This document shows, in pieces, positions 29,830 to 39,378 of a stretch of 64,000 nt of DNA; positions within the stretch are counted from its first letter, which is position 1; the number at the start of each line of letters is the position of its first letter. The position numbers and the translations under genes are program-made. Source of the DNA: an uncultured archaeon. GTDB taxonomy: Archaea; Thermoproteota; Nitrososphaeria; Nitrososphaerales; Gagatemarchaeaceae. Below the pieces are notes generated by a model that did no database searches, was not told the DNA's origin, and was given only the letters and a program-made list of their open reading frames with translations. The DNA is taken from the NCBI GenBank assembly GCA_963817525.1, contig CAWFOU010000007.1:352001-416000 (forward strand). Reading direction: 5' to 3'.

Positions 29830-30758
29830 GGAGGGTCCACCTTATCGAATACCGACATGAGGATGTCGTCGACGTCGCGCGAAGCTCCCTTCATGACCGC
29901 CGCGCTGTCGATGGTGAGCCTGTGGGTCAACACGTCGATCGAGATGCTCTTGATGTCGTCCGGGCTGACGTAGTTCCTCCCAGCCAGCAGCGCCTTGGCA
30001 CGGGAACAATGGACGAGCTGCACTATGGCCCTGGTGCTGGCGCCATACGACAGCGAGACCACCGTCCTCGTCGCCTCGGCGATCTTCGCGACGTACGCCA
30101 GGACCTCGGTCGAGACCTTCACCTCCTCCACCTGCCTCACGAGCTCCAGCAGCTGGTCCTTGGTGAGGACTGTCTTCACTTCGCTGATCTCGATGTCGGA
30201 GAGGTTTCTCTCCAGGATGCTCGTCTCCGCATCCACGCCAGGATACTTGAAGTTCAGCTTGACCATGAACCTGTCTAGCTGTCCCTCGGGCAGGGGATAC
30301 ACGCCGGCGAACTCGAGCGGGTTCTGGGTCGCAATCACCATGAACGGGAAAGGGAACCTCTCGGTGTGCCCCTCCACCGAGACCTGCCGCTCCTGCATCG
30401 ACTCGAGGAGGGCGCTCTGGACCTTCGGGGGGGCGCGGTTGAGCTCGTCGGCGAGGAGGATGTTGGTGAAGACCGGGCCTTTTCTCAGCTCGAACTCCCT
30501 CTCCTTCAGGTTGAAGATGTAGCCCCCTATGATGTCGAGGGGAAGGATGTCGGGCGTGAACTGGACTCGCTTGAAGTCGAGCCCGAGGCACTTTGAGAAG
30601 GCGTTGGCGAGAAGGGTCTTCGAGACCCCCGGGGGACCCTCGAGGAGGACGTGCCCTTTTGCGATGAGGCACATCAGGAGGATCTCGGTCTCCTTCTCCC
30701 TGCCGACGACGAACTTGCTGACCTCGCCCACGACCTTGTCCCTGATCTCGTTGGTCAA
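29823..30758 (-). CDS. moxR: MoxR family AAA+ ATPase (cassette 2, gene B)
   Basis: GHVLLEGPPGVSKT, LADELNRAPPKVQSALLE, ATQNP, QLDRF. Confidence 0.95.
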   Translation of the reverse strand: MTNEIRDKVVGEVSKFVVGREKETEILLMCLIAKGHVLLEGPPGVSKTLLANAFSKCLGLDFKRVQFTPDILPLDIIGGYIFNLKEREFELRKGPVFTNILLADELNRAPPKVQSALLESMQERQVSVEGHTERFPFPFMVIATQNPLEFAGVYPLPEGQLDRFMVKLNFKYPGVDAETSILERNLSDIEISEVKTVLTKDQLLELVRQVEEVKVSTEVLAYVAKIAEATRTVVSLSYGASTRAIVQLVHCSRAKALLAGRNYVSPDDIKSISIDVLTHRLTIDSAAVMKGASRDVDDILMSVFDKVDPPR

Positions 30759-31138
30759 GCTCGAGGCCTCCGCTCCTCTCTTTTTACTCCCCCCAGCATG
30801 TTCGCGACCTTTACGACCTCACGAAAGTCCAGGTCGGGAAGGGGCGTCCCGCCGTATCGGTAGTCCTCGTAGCCCTTCAACGCGCTCTCCATCCCGTTCG
30901 TCTGGACGCCGGCCGATCTCAGTCGCGCGACCGCCTCCCCCCAGGTGAAGCCGGAGGGAAGGTCAGGAACGGCCTGCTTGAGCGCCGTCTCGAGGCCCTT
31001 GAATGCTTCGGCCAGGTTCTTTGCGCTCACCATGCGCGTCCTGTGCCTAAGGATTGCGAACGCGAGGGCCGCGTAGAGGACGACGTCGAGCGCCACTAGG
31101 GCGACTATCAGCTCCCCGGTGACCGCGATAGCGACCAT
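30755..31138 (-). CDS. Small TM protein with DUF4129-like domain (cassette 2, gene A)
   Basis: ATG at 31138; AFxGLExALKQxVPDLPxGFTW..YRYGG shared with 15499..15882. Confidence 0.8.
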   Translation of the reverse strand: MVAIAVTGELIVALVALDVVLYAALAFAILRHRTRMVSAKNLAEAFKGLETALKQAVPDLPSGFTWGEAVARLRSAGVQTNGMESALKGYEDYRYGGTPLPDLDFREVVKVANMLGGVKREERRPRA

Positions 31139-31225
31139 CGGTGCGTCCAGCGAGGCGGGGGGGCATAATAACTTGTAGGGAACTATCTTTTGAAACAATT
31201 TTAGCCACCCACCCCCGCTTCTCGA

Positions 31226-32062
31226 TTGGGAGAGATGGTCAGGTTGCGGGCGGCAAAGTCGTCGAGAACGGTGAGCGCCGCAGCCGTCTTGGGGCTGATC
31301 TTCGTCTCCCTGCTGATGCTCTATTTCATCGACGCGTCGAGCCTCTCCAACCCCACGGGCCCGAGAAACGTAGCTCCCGCCCCTGTCGTCCCCGCCCCTG
31401 CGCCACCCGGGAATCCGCTCAACGGTAGCCTCGTGATCTTTGCGACCTCGAACGTGGACACGATCGACGGGATCCCGACCCCGATCAATGCTTCGACCGA
31501 CGCCGAGGGGGTCCTCGTCGTCGCGATAGACGAGGCGGCCAACTCCTCCCAAGCGAGGTATCTTTGGGCCACGAACACGGCCGGCCTTGCGGGCTGCATC
31601 GAGTGCGTCCCCGTGGGAGCGTATCTGCTGAGCATCCAATACGATGGGTTGGAGATCACCACCCAGGCCATCGTTTCCGTCGGCGAGCAGACCTTGGTCC
31701 AGGCGAACTTCACGGGCAAGTTGTACGACTTGAGCTATTGCGCGGAGTCCGGGGTGCTTGTCACCCCCAGCAGCGCCCAGTACACGATGTTCGCCAGCGT
31801 GAACTCGCCCGTGGCCGTCGCGAACGCGAGCGAGCCGGTCTTTCTCAACGTGGGGGGCGGTCAGGGTGTGGCGGGGTATTCGGTCAACGCCACGGTGGTC
31901 TCGCAAGGGGCGCCCACGACTGGGGCCCAGTGGCTGCAGCTTGGGACGCGCTCTCCCGTCGACCTCGTTGACGCGACCTCGATCTCCATGACGGCATGGA
32001 CGTCTTCGGCCACCGTCACCGTCGGCCCCGTCACCTATCTGCAAAGCGCGCTAGAGCGCTAG
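31226..32062 (+). CDS. Membrane-anchored beta-sandwich protein, divergent from cassette 2 (gene F)
   Basis: Paralog of 15978..16754. Confidence 0.75.
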   Translation: MGEMVRLRAAKSSRTVSAAAVLGLIFVSLLMLYFIDASSLSNPTGPRNVAPAPVVPAPAPPGNPLNGSLVIFATSNVDTIDGIPTPINASTDAEGVLVVAIDEAANSSQARYLWATNTAGLAGCIECVPVGAYLLSIQYDGLEITTQAIVSVGEQTLVQANFTGKLYDLSYCAESGVLVTPSSAQYTMFASVNSPVAVANASEPVFLNVGGGQGVAGYSVNATVVSQGAPTTGAQWLQLGTRSPVDLVDATSISMTAWTSSATVTVGPVTYLQSALER

Positions 32063-32169
32063 TCATCAAACCTCTCTGGTCTTGAGGTCTGCCAGGATGC
32101 TCCCCGCCGTGCATTCATCGTGTGGAATTGAGGGGCGTCGACCACTTTGAACTAGAGGCGCCACAAGGG

Positions 32170-32249
32170 AATTCGCACGAAGGCGCGACGTCGCCGGCCA
32201 GAGTTCTATGGGCGCTTAAAAGAAAAGCCAGGCTTGGTGGCCATGCCAA
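32170..32249 (+). promoter_or_regulatory. Promoter upstream of polB2 (copy B)
   Basis: Diverged direct repeat of 24671..24753 including CGCACGAAG, TTCTAT.GGCGCTTA.AAGAAAA and CCATGCCAA. Confidence 0.7.
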
Positions 32250-32284
32250 CACAGCAAGGCATCCACCATCTCTGCGAGGCGTAG
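32243..32284 (+). other. 13-codon upstream mini-ORF MPTQQGIHHLCEA
   Basis: Its ATG is at the same promoter position as the RadA-like ATG; its stop is 3 nt before the polB2 ATG. Confidence 0.5.
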
Positions 32285-32287
32285 AGG

Positions 32288-34579
32288 ATGCGCGGGTGGA
32301 TACTCGACCTCTACACCGAGAGCCCCGGGAAGATGGTCGTGTGGCTCAAGCTCGAGGGGGGCGAGACCAGGAGGCTCGTCGACAGGTGGGCGCCCTCGAT
32401 CTTCGTCGCCTCCGACAGCGGGCAGGACCTGGCCGACCTCGAGAAGGGGAGGGGGCGGGAGTTCTCGTGGTCGAGGAGGGTGATGAAGCTCGAGAGGGCA
32501 ACGGACGTGCGGGAGAGCGAGGTCCTCGAGCTGGTGGTGGACGACGCGAAGAAGCTCGCCCCGCTCGCGGAGGCCGTCGAGCGCTCGAGGCCGTTCGGGG
32601 CCTACAGGCTCTACAACGTCGACGTCCCCCCGGAGCAGATGTACCTCTACGAGAACGACCTCTTCCCCCTCGCATACTGCGAGGTCTCGGAGACCCGCGA
32701 CGGGCTGAGCTGGGAGCTCCTCGACGACGTCTGGGCGTGCCAGTACGCCCTGCCGGAGCTGCGCTCTGTGGACATCGAGGTGGAGGTGAGCAAGTCCGGG
32801 AAGATGGCGAAGGTCTCCGACCCAATACAGTCGATCACGCTGAGGAGCGGCGACGGCTCGGTCTCGCGCATGGACGGCGGGACCGAGGGGGGCAAGATCC
32901 TCGGCCTGGTCGAGGAGGTGAGGAGGGTCGACCCCGACCTGATATTCACGAGCGACGGCGACGCGTTCGTCCTCCCCTACCTCGTCGCGCGGGCGGCGGC
33001 CAACGGGATCTCGGAGAGGCTCAGGATAGACAGGGACGGGGGCGTCCTCGAGGCCCCGGCGAAGAAGGGGTCGTCCTACTTCAGCTACGGCAAGATTCTG
33101 TTCAAGCCTTCGGCGATGAAGCTCCGTGGGAGGGTCCACCTCGACAAGACGAGCTCCTTCGTCCACAAGGAAACTGGGCTCGACGGCTTCTATGAGGTGA
33201 GCAGGGTGTGCAGGCTCCCACTCCACATCTCCAGTAGGGCGAGCATAGGCAAGGCGCTCTCGAGCCTCCAGTTCTACCATGCGACCAAGGACGGGATTCT
33301 TATCCCATGGAAGCCCACCATGGCCGAGAGCTTCAAGAGCAGAGCTGAGCTTCTCGTCGCCGACCGCGGAGGTTTCATCTTCGAGCCAGAGCTAGGGATG
33401 CACGAGGGGATTGGAGAGCTAGACTTCAGTTCGCTTTACCCCAGCATCATGATGAAGAAGAACATCTCGCCAGAGACTGTGAGATGCGAGTGTTGCCTTG
33501 ACTCCGCGAACAGGGTCCCGGAGCTCGACTGGAACGTTTGCGAGAGAAGGCCTGAGGGGATAGTCTCGAAGGCCGTGAAAATCATAGTCGAGAAGAGGAT
33601 GAAGTACAAGAGGCTGGAGAAGACCACAGAGGGCGAGGAGCGGGCGCGCTACGAGGCCCGGAGGGACGCCCTCAAGTGGGTTGGGGTCGCTTGTTTTGGC
33701 TACCTCAGCCATGCCAACGCGAGGTTCGGGCGCATCGACGCGCACATCGCCGTCTGCGCCTGGGACAGGAAGGTGCTCATGGACGCGGCGAGGGTGGCTG
33801 AACGGAGGGGATTCCGGGTGATCCACGGGATAGTCGACTCGCTCTGGCTGAAGAAGGAGGGCGCGGGCGAGGAGGAGTTCGAGAGGCTCCGGAGGGAGAT
33901 AGAGGCGGAGACGAAGTTCGCGATCTCCTTCGAGGGCGTCTACAAGTGGATCGCGTTCCTCCCATCGAAGGTGGACGCGGGGGTCCCGGTCCTCAACCAG
34001 TACTTCGGCGCGTACAGGGACGGGAGGCTCAAGGTCCGCGGGATAGAGGCGAGGAGGCACGACACGCCGGCGTTCTTCTCAGCGTGCCAGCTGGAGATCC
34101 TCGAGCTGCTCGCTAAGGCCAGGACGGTCGAGGAGGCGAGGGGGATGGTCGACGAGTGTGTGTGGGTGTTCCTCAAGCACGCGAGGACACTCCTCGAGCA
34201 CCGCGCGCCCGTCGCGGGGCTCGTCTTCACGAGGAACCTGTCGAAGAAGCCCGGGGAGTACGTGAACCGGTCGCTGACGTCCTCGGTCGCCGACCAGCTG
34301 GTGCGCGAGGGCGTGGAGCTCCACGCCGGGGAGGCGGTCCAGTACGTCATAACGGACTACCGGTCCAAGTCGCCGGGGAGGAGGGCGGTCCCGTTCGAGC
34401 TGGCGGACGAGAAGACCGTCTACGACGCGGAGAGGTACGTGGAGCTCCTCGCGGAGACGTGCTCTACCGTCCTGCGGCCCTTCCGGGAGGAGTGCAGCGC
34501 CGAGTGGCTGCTGCGCGTCGTGAAGGGGTCGTTGCACGGGGGGATGACCGCGGATGAAGCCTCACCGTTCCCGGGCTAG
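32288..34579 (+). CDS. polB2: Family B DNA polymerase, archaeal PolB2 group
   Basis: LDFSSLYPSIM motif A; ALKW..ACFGYL motif B; HGIVDSLW replacing YGDTDS; degenerate exonuclease motifs; KVRGIEARRHD. Confidence 0.92.
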   Translation: MRGWILDLYTESPGKMVVWLKLEGGETRRLVDRWAPSIFVASDSGQDLADLEKGRGREFSWSRRVMKLERATDVRESEVLELVVDDAKKLAPLAEAVERSRPFGAYRLYNVDVPPEQMYLYENDLFPLAYCEVSETRDGLSWELLDDVWACQYALPELRSVDIEVEVSKSGKMAKVSDPIQSITLRSGDGSVSRMDGGTEGGKILGLVEEVRRVDPDLIFTSDGDAFVLPYLVARAAANGISERLRIDRDGGVLEAPAKKGSSYFSYGKILFKPSAMKLRGRVHLDKTSSFVHKETGLDGFYEVSRVCRLPLHISSRASIGKALSSLQFYHATKDGILIPWKPTMAESFKSRAELLVADRGGFIFEPELGMHEGIGELDFSSLYPSIMMKKNISPETVRCECCLDSANRVPELDWNVCERRPEGIVSKAVKIIVEKRMKYKRLEKTTEGEERARYEARRDALKWVGVACFGYLSHANARFGRIDAHIAVCAWDRKVLMDAARVAERRGFRVIHGIVDSLWLKKEGAGEEEFERLRREIEAETKFAISFEGVYKWIAFLPSKVDAGVPVLNQYFGAYRDGRLKVRGIEARRHDTPAFFSACQLEILELLAKARTVEEARGMVDECVWVFLKHARTLLEHRAPVAGLVFTRNLSKKPGEYVNRSLTSSVADQLVREGVELHAGEAVQYVITDYRSKSPGRRAVPFELADEKTVYDAERYVELLAETCSTVLRPFREECSAEWLLRVVKGSLHGGMTADEASPFPG

Positions 34580-35385
34580 GCCTTGCGCATGTACGCCCGC
34601 AGCGTCAGCGGGGCGAACACGAGCACGATGACTATCGAGCCTATGAGGGACAGCCAAAAGTCGGTCCCGACGGTCCCCTGCGTGAAGAGCTGCCGGACCG
34701 CGCTCACCACGTAGGTCAGCGGGTTGACGTTGACAAAGTCCTGGAGCCACGACGGCAGGGTCTTGGTCGGGACGAAGGCGCCCGAGAGGAAGCTCAGCGG
34801 GAAGAGGATGGCCGCCGAGATGCCCTGAACTGCCTGCGCGGACTTCATGACGACCCCGAGGAGGGCGAAGACCCAGCTGAGGCACCAGGCCGCGAAGACC
34901 GAGAGGAATCCCGCCAAGAGCAAGCCATCGGTGCTGACCCACCTGAACCCGAGGATGAAGCCCATCACCAGGGTGAGCCCGGTCGCGATGGAGTACCGCA
35001 CGATGTCCGCGAGGAGCGGTCCCGCGAGTGCGGCCATGCGCGCAATCGGCATCGACTTGAAGCGGTAGAAGACCCCCTTGTCCATGTCCTCGCGGAGCTG
35101 GACGCCCGTCCCCATCGACGCCGTGATGGCGGTCTGGGCGAGGATCCCCGGGATGATTATGGGCAGGTATCCCGCCACGCTCCCCGAGATCGCCCCCCCG
35201 AAGAGGAACGAGAACATCAGCGTGAAGAGGATGGGCTGGATGGTCACGTCGAACAGCTGCTGGGGGTTCCTGCGGATGAGGAGGAGGGTCCTGTAGGCCA
35301 TGGTCAGCGAGTTGCTGATGGTCGTCTGGATGGAGATCCGGTTCTTCAGCTTCCGCTCGGCCCCGGGGACTATCTGGGCGCTCAT
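34576..35385 (-). CDS. ABC-2 type (DrrB-like) exporter permease
   Basis: QPILFTLMF..GG, PGI, RFKSMP, LPSWLQ..NPLT. Confidence 0.92.
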   Translation of the reverse strand: MSAQIVPGAERKLKNRISIQTTISNSLTMAYRTLLLIRRNPQQLFDVTIQPILFTLMFSFLFGGAISGSVAGYLPIIIPGILAQTAITASMGTGVQLREDMDKGVFYRFKSMPIARMAALAGPLLADIVRYSIATGLTLVMGFILGFRWVSTDGLLLAGFLSVFAAWCLSWVFALLGVVMKSAQAVQGISAAILFPLSFLSGAFVPTKTLPSWLQDFVNVNPLTYVVSAVRQLFTQGTVGTDFWLSLIGSIVIVLVFAPLTLRAYMRKA

Positions 35386-36392
35386 GCCTTTGCTCCTCCT
35401 GTCTGAGCGTCCTTGTCGCCCCCGGTTAGGGCGATGAAGACCTCGTCGAGGGTGGGCTCCTGGACGCTGACCGTGGCGAGCTGGATCTTCGCGTTCCGTA
35501 GGGCGACCAGCAGGTCGGTCACGCTGTCAGGGTTCGACATCGGCGCGGTCACGAGGTTCGCTTCGGGCTGGGATGTCTTCACGCCGAGCACGTCCTCCGC
35601 GATCCGTGCCGCCTCCGGCGCTTCCTTCTCGTCGGCGAGACTGAGGTTGAGCGTCGCCTTTCCGACCGCGGCCTTGAGCTCGCGCGGGGTGCCTTCTGCC
35701 ACGACGCGGCCGTGGTCGATCACCGCTATCCTGTCAGCGAGCTGGTCGGCCTCGTCGAGGTACTGGGTGGTCAAGAGGATGGTCGAGCCGGAGGCGACCA
35801 TCCGCCTGATCGACTCCCACATCTGGATCCTCGTGCGCGGGTCGAGCCCGGTGGTGGGCTCGTCGAGGAAGACGAGAGGCGCCTGGATGATGAGGCTCGC
35901 GGCAAGGTCGAGCCGGCGGCGCATCCCTCCCGAGAACTTCTCGAGCGTCCGCTTGGCTGCCTCTTCTAGCCCGAACTCGACAAGGAGCTCGGCGGCCCTC
36001 TTGCTCGCCTGCGACTTGCTGAGACCCAGGAGCATCCCGAAGATCGTCAGGTTCTCCGTCGCGGAGAGCCTCTCGTCGACGGCCGCGCTCTGGCCGGTCA
36101 CGCTGATGAGCTGGCGGACGACCTGGGTCTCCCTCGCCACGTCGTGCCCGAATATCTTGGCGCTCCCGCCGTCAGGCTTGAGGAGGGTCGTGAGCATGTT
36201 GATGATCGTCGTCTTGCCCGCCCCGTTCGGCCCGAGCAGGGCGTAGATGGACCCGGTGCGTATTGAGAGGTCCACCCCGTCGACGGCCCGGTTGTCCCCG
36301 AATACCTTGACGAGCCCGTGCGCCTCTATGGCGAAGCCGGCCTGGCTGCCCGCGCTCCGGTCGCCGCCCTGGACTCCAGTCTGCTGCATCAT
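35382..36392 (-). CDS. ABC exporter ATP-binding subunit (DrrA-like)
   Basis: GPNGAGKTT, FSGGMRRRLD, LDEPTTGLDP; ATGA overlap with PadR stop. Confidence 0.93.
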   Translation of the reverse strand: MMQQTGVQGGDRSAGSQAGFAIEAHGLVKVFGDNRAVDGVDLSIRTGSIYALLGPNGAGKTTIINMLTTLLKPDGGSAKIFGHDVARETQVVRQLISVTGQSAAVDERLSATENLTIFGMLLGLSKSQASKRAAELLVEFGLEEAAKRTLEKFSGGMRRRLDLAASLIIQAPLVFLDEPTTGLDPRTRIQMWESIRRMVASGSTILLTTQYLDEADQLADRIAVIDHGRVVAEGTPRELKAAVGKATLNLSLADEKEAPEAARIAEDVLGVKTSQPEANLVTAPMSNPDSVTDLLVALRNAKIQLATVSVQEPTLDEVFIALTGGDKDAQTGGAKA

Positions 36393-36904
36393 GACTGACC
36401 ACTCCCCGACTGCAGCGCGCCGCTGAGGTTCTCCAGCCTCTTCGCCAGCTTGTCGATCCTGTCGGAGCACTTGGCGACGCGCGCCGCGTCGGTCCTTTGG
36501 AGGTCCTCCAGGTACGAGGCGTTACTCTCGAGTGCGGAGAAGGCGGCCACGAGGTCGTCCCCGACGCCCGACTGCCGTGCGAAGGCCTGGGTGAGCTCGA
36601 ACTTGCCCTCCTTGTTCTTCGCTATCAGCCCCTCCCCCTCGAGCTGCTCAAGGAGCGGGTAGATCGAGCCGGGGCTCGGCCGATACCAGCCGTGGCTCAT
36701 CTCCTGGAGGCGGTTCATGATGTCGACCCCGTTCATCGGCCCCTGCTCGAAGAGCTCGATTACCTGGGGGCGCAAGTGGCCCCGCTGCCCGAACCGAATC
36801 CGCTGGAGCTCGTGCATTCCCTCCAGCTTCTCCCTGAGGCGGTCGTTCCGCCGCCGGTTCCTCCCTCTTGAATCGTCTTGGTTGTCTTTATTGTCTTGGC
36901 TCAT
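36389..36904 (-). CDS. PadR family transcriptional regulator
   Basis: RPSPGSIYPLLEQLEGEGLI. Confidence 0.9.
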   Translation of the reverse strand: MSQDNKDNQDDSRGRNRRRNDRLREKLEGMHELQRIRFGQRGHLRPQVIELFEQGPMNGVDIMNRLQEMSHGWYRPSPGSIYPLLEQLEGEGLIAKNKEGKFELTQAFARQSGVGDDLVAAFSALESNASYLEDLQRTDAARVAKCSDRIDKLAKRLENLSGALQSGSGQS

Positions 36905-36913
36905 GTCGATTTA

Positions 36914-36951
36914 CCGATATCTTATATCAGATATCGACTATTCGATATCGG
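36914..36951. promoter_or_regulatory. Probable PadR operator
   Basis: GATATC at 36916, 36930 and 36944 (14-nt period), framed by the CCGATATC/GATATCGG inverted repeat between TATA and start. Confidence 0.65.
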
Positions 36952-36971
36952 GGTATTAAAGGCTTATGGAA

Positions 36972-37514
36972 TTAGGCGCTGTCGCGGGCGTCCGCGCCCA
37001 CCACGTAGAGACGGACGTTCTCACGCGACTCGGCGGGCTTCCAGTCAGGGAAGCGGTGGTCGACGGAGGCCACCAGCGCGCCCGCGGGCATCTCCCTCCC
37101 CACCTTCTCCTGCAGCTTCCTCATCAGGAGGGGGGAGAGGAAGAAGAAGACCTTCCTAGAGTCGCGCAGGTCTACATCCAGTAGGTTCTTCCTGAGCACC
37201 GAGACCCTCGAGGACAGGCCCTGCCTGCGGATCCTCCACAGAGAGACCGCCCTGCGCAACGGGTCGACCTCGGCCCCGACCGCATGGACGCGATACTCCT
37301 TTGCGAAGAAGATGAGCGCCCCGCCGAAGCCCGAGCCGAGGTCGTACACGGTGTCTCCTTCCACGAGCTGGAGGAGCGCCGCGGCGGCCGCGAGCTGCCT
37401 CCTCGATGTGGGGGAGTAGCCCGCGCCCCAGACCAGGCTGAATAGGAAGAGGTAGACCAAAAAGGCGGCGAAGGCCCAAAGGATCCAGGCCTCCAGGATG
37501 TGGGCGGGGACCAC
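36972..37514 (-). CDS. SAM-dependent methyltransferase with N-terminal TM
   Basis: YSPT, VYDLGSGFG, GAEVDP. Confidence 0.85.
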   Translation of the reverse strand: MVPAHILEAWILWAFAAFLVYLFLFSLVWGAGYSPTSRRQLAAAAALLQLVEGDTVYDLGSGFGGALIFFAKEYRVHAVGAEVDPLRRAVSLWRIRRQGLSSRVSVLRKNLLDVDLRDSRKVFFFLSPLLMRKLQEKVGREMPAGALVASVDHRFPDWKPAESRENVRLYVVGADARDSA

Positions 37515-37661
37515 GCCGGGGCAGGAGTCCGCGGCGTATATGGGCTCGGCCTGAGGCCTTAAAACGAATCAGGGGCTTCGGGGCCCAGGAATGCGGGGCA
37601 GAGCGGCTTTGGGCCGGGCTTCGAGGCCGCGGGTTCCAGGCTCTACAGGCTGGAGTACGCC

Positions 37662-37982
37662 GTGGCGACGCTGGCCATCCTCGCGTACCTGATCTTCAGG
37701 TGGCAGCACCTGGGAGGCCTCGACTGGCCGGCCACCGTGTTCTGGATAGTCTTCCCGGACCTGGCCGCCTTCATACCCATCGGGCTCACATCGAAGAGGA
37801 GAGAGTGGCCAGCGTGGGGAAGCCATCTCTACAACGCGTTTCACAGCGCCATCGTGTGGGGCCTAGCGTTTGGCGCGCTCTGGCTGGCCACGGGGACCCC
37901 CTACTGGCCTATCCTTGGTTGGCCGGGGCACATAGCGGCCGACAGGACGGTGGGCTACGGGCTACGCTCCACCTCGAGGTGA
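37662..37982 (+). CDS. DUF4260-like membrane protein
   Basis: PDL..YNAFH..HIAADRTVGYGL; true start probably further upstream. Confidence 0.75.
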   Translation: MATLAILAYLIFRWQHLGGLDWPATVFWIVFPDLAAFIPIGLTSKRREWPAWGSHLYNAFHSAIVWGLAFGALWLATGTPYWPILGWPGHIAADRTVGYGLRSTSR

Positions 37983-37985
37983 CCG

Positions 37986-38474
37986 TTAGCCCGTCGTCGC
38001 GCTCGGCACCACGTATAGGTAGATGGAGTGGGGCTTCTTCCAGCCAGCCGGGATGACCTCTATCTCCCTCGTGGCCTTCCAGTCCGGTATGGGGTAGTCG
38101 AAGTTCACCACCCTCACTCCGGGCCTCAGCTCCCTGTTGAACTTCGGGGTGAGGAGGTTCAGCGTGTAGCTCGAGAGGTAGGTGCAGAGGACGTCGACCT
38201 TGCGCATGCTGACCTTCTTGAAATTACGGCAGATGATCTTGGCCTGGTCGGAGAGCCCCAGCTCGCGGATCCTCTTGCGGGAGGCCTTCACCAGCCGCTT
38301 CCGGGTCTCGACGCCGACGGCCCTGGCGCGGAAGTCCTTCGCAGCCGCTATCACTATCCTCGCGTCGCCCGAGCCCAGGTCGAATACCGCCTCGCCCGGC
38401 TTCACGGAGGCGAGGGAGAGCATCGTGGGGATTATGTCCTCGGGGGTAGGGACGTGGGGCTCTGTGTAGTTCAT
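37986..38474 (-). CDS. SAM-dependent methyltransferase
   Basis: PHVPTP, VFDLGSGDARI, ELRPGVRVV. Confidence 0.88.
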   Translation of the reverse strand: MNYTEPHVPTPEDIIPTMLSLASVKPGEAVFDLGSGDARIVIAAAKDFRARAVGVETRKRLVKASRKRIRELGLSDQAKIICRNFKKVSMRKVDVLCTYLSSYTLNLLTPKFNRELRPGVRVVNFDYPIPDWKATREIEVIPAGWKKPHSIYLYVVPSATTG

Positions 38475-38588
38475 CCTAGCGGACCGGCTTCGCGCCTTAG
38501 ATAAGCGTCGAGCGCGGTCGCAGTACTACGACTGCATATCTTTTTTTAAGAGGCGCCGTCATCAGGAAACTCAGGATGAGCCGAGCCT

Positions 38589-38969
38589 ATGCCTAGAGGA
38601 AGCTCGCTATTCAGCGACAAGTCTGGCCTCGACGACAAGCGGGGCTCGTCGAGCAACCAGACGGTCTTGCAGTGCGTGGAAAAGGCCCTGCTCGACACCC
38701 TCGGCGAGTCCGCAGAGGCGGCGACGCTCTATTTCATAGAGACCAAGGGCGGGGTGAAGCTCAGCAAGGTGTCTCTCGACCCCGAGGGCTTCGTGCAGGC
38801 ACTGCGGGCGATCTTCGGCGCGGGGAGCGCGGAGCTGATGAAGGCGATCTTGAGGGAGGTCCGATCCAAGGAGGCGGAGCTGGGGCAGGACAAGCACGTG
38901 CGGGGGTTCGCCGCGGCCATGGAGCGGGCGCTGGAGTCGGACGGGCTCGGACGGCCGGGGAAGACGTGA
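38589..38969 (+). CDS. Hypothetical helical protein (DUF3227-like)
   Basis: LGES...PEGFVQALRAIFGAG pattern; host-like codon usage. Confidence 0.6.
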   Translation: MPRGSSLFSDKSGLDDKRGSSSNQTVLQCVEKALLDTLGESAEAATLYFIETKGGVKLSKVSLDPEGFVQALRAIFGAGSAELMKAILREVRSKEAELGQDKHVRGFAAAMERALESDGLGRPGKT

Positions 38970-38973
38970 GAGC

Positions 38974-39348
38974 ATGGAGACCAACCGGTCCATCTTCGGG
39001 ACGAAGGCGAACCAGATCTTGTCGTTCGACAGGAACATCAGGTCCGTCGTCCTACTGACCTCGGAAGGGAAGATGATAGCGGACGTTAGCAGGCCAGGGA
39101 CGACCTCCCTCGAGCCGCCGAGCGAGACCGAGACGATGTACATGAAGGCGACGATCGCCATCAGCATGACCGCGCCCATGGACAAGTACCACGGTCGCAT
39201 AAAGACCGCCATCCTGGTCAAGGAGAAGGTGACGGTCATCGGCTTCAACCTCATGGCGAAGATCATGCTGATAATGGCCGACCCCGGGTTCAAGCTGAGT
39301 CGAGTCGACGAGCTCGGCCAGCTGATCGACCAGCTGAACCTAGGCTGA
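38974..39348 (+). CDS. Roadblock/profilin-like small protein
   Basis: ILSFDRNIRSVVLLTSEGK..RPG pattern. Confidence 0.55.
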   Translation: METNRSIFGTKANQILSFDRNIRSVVLLTSEGKMIADVSRPGTTSLEPPSETETMYMKATIAISMTAPMDKYHGRIKTAILVKEKVTVIGFNLMAKIMLIMADPGFKLSRVDELGQLIDQLNLG

Positions 39349-39378
39349 TCGCTCGCGCCCAACGGACCTCAGGTGCGA

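Noticed and set aside
30755-32044. 429-aa ORF on the - strand
   Set aside because: Only the last 127 codons match the cassette-1 paralog; the rest is antisense to gene F
32288-34579. PolB as the polymerase of a casposon or virus
   Set aside because: The motifs are PolB2-type, not protein-primed; there is no Cas1, terminal inverted repeat or capsid gene, and codon usage is host-like
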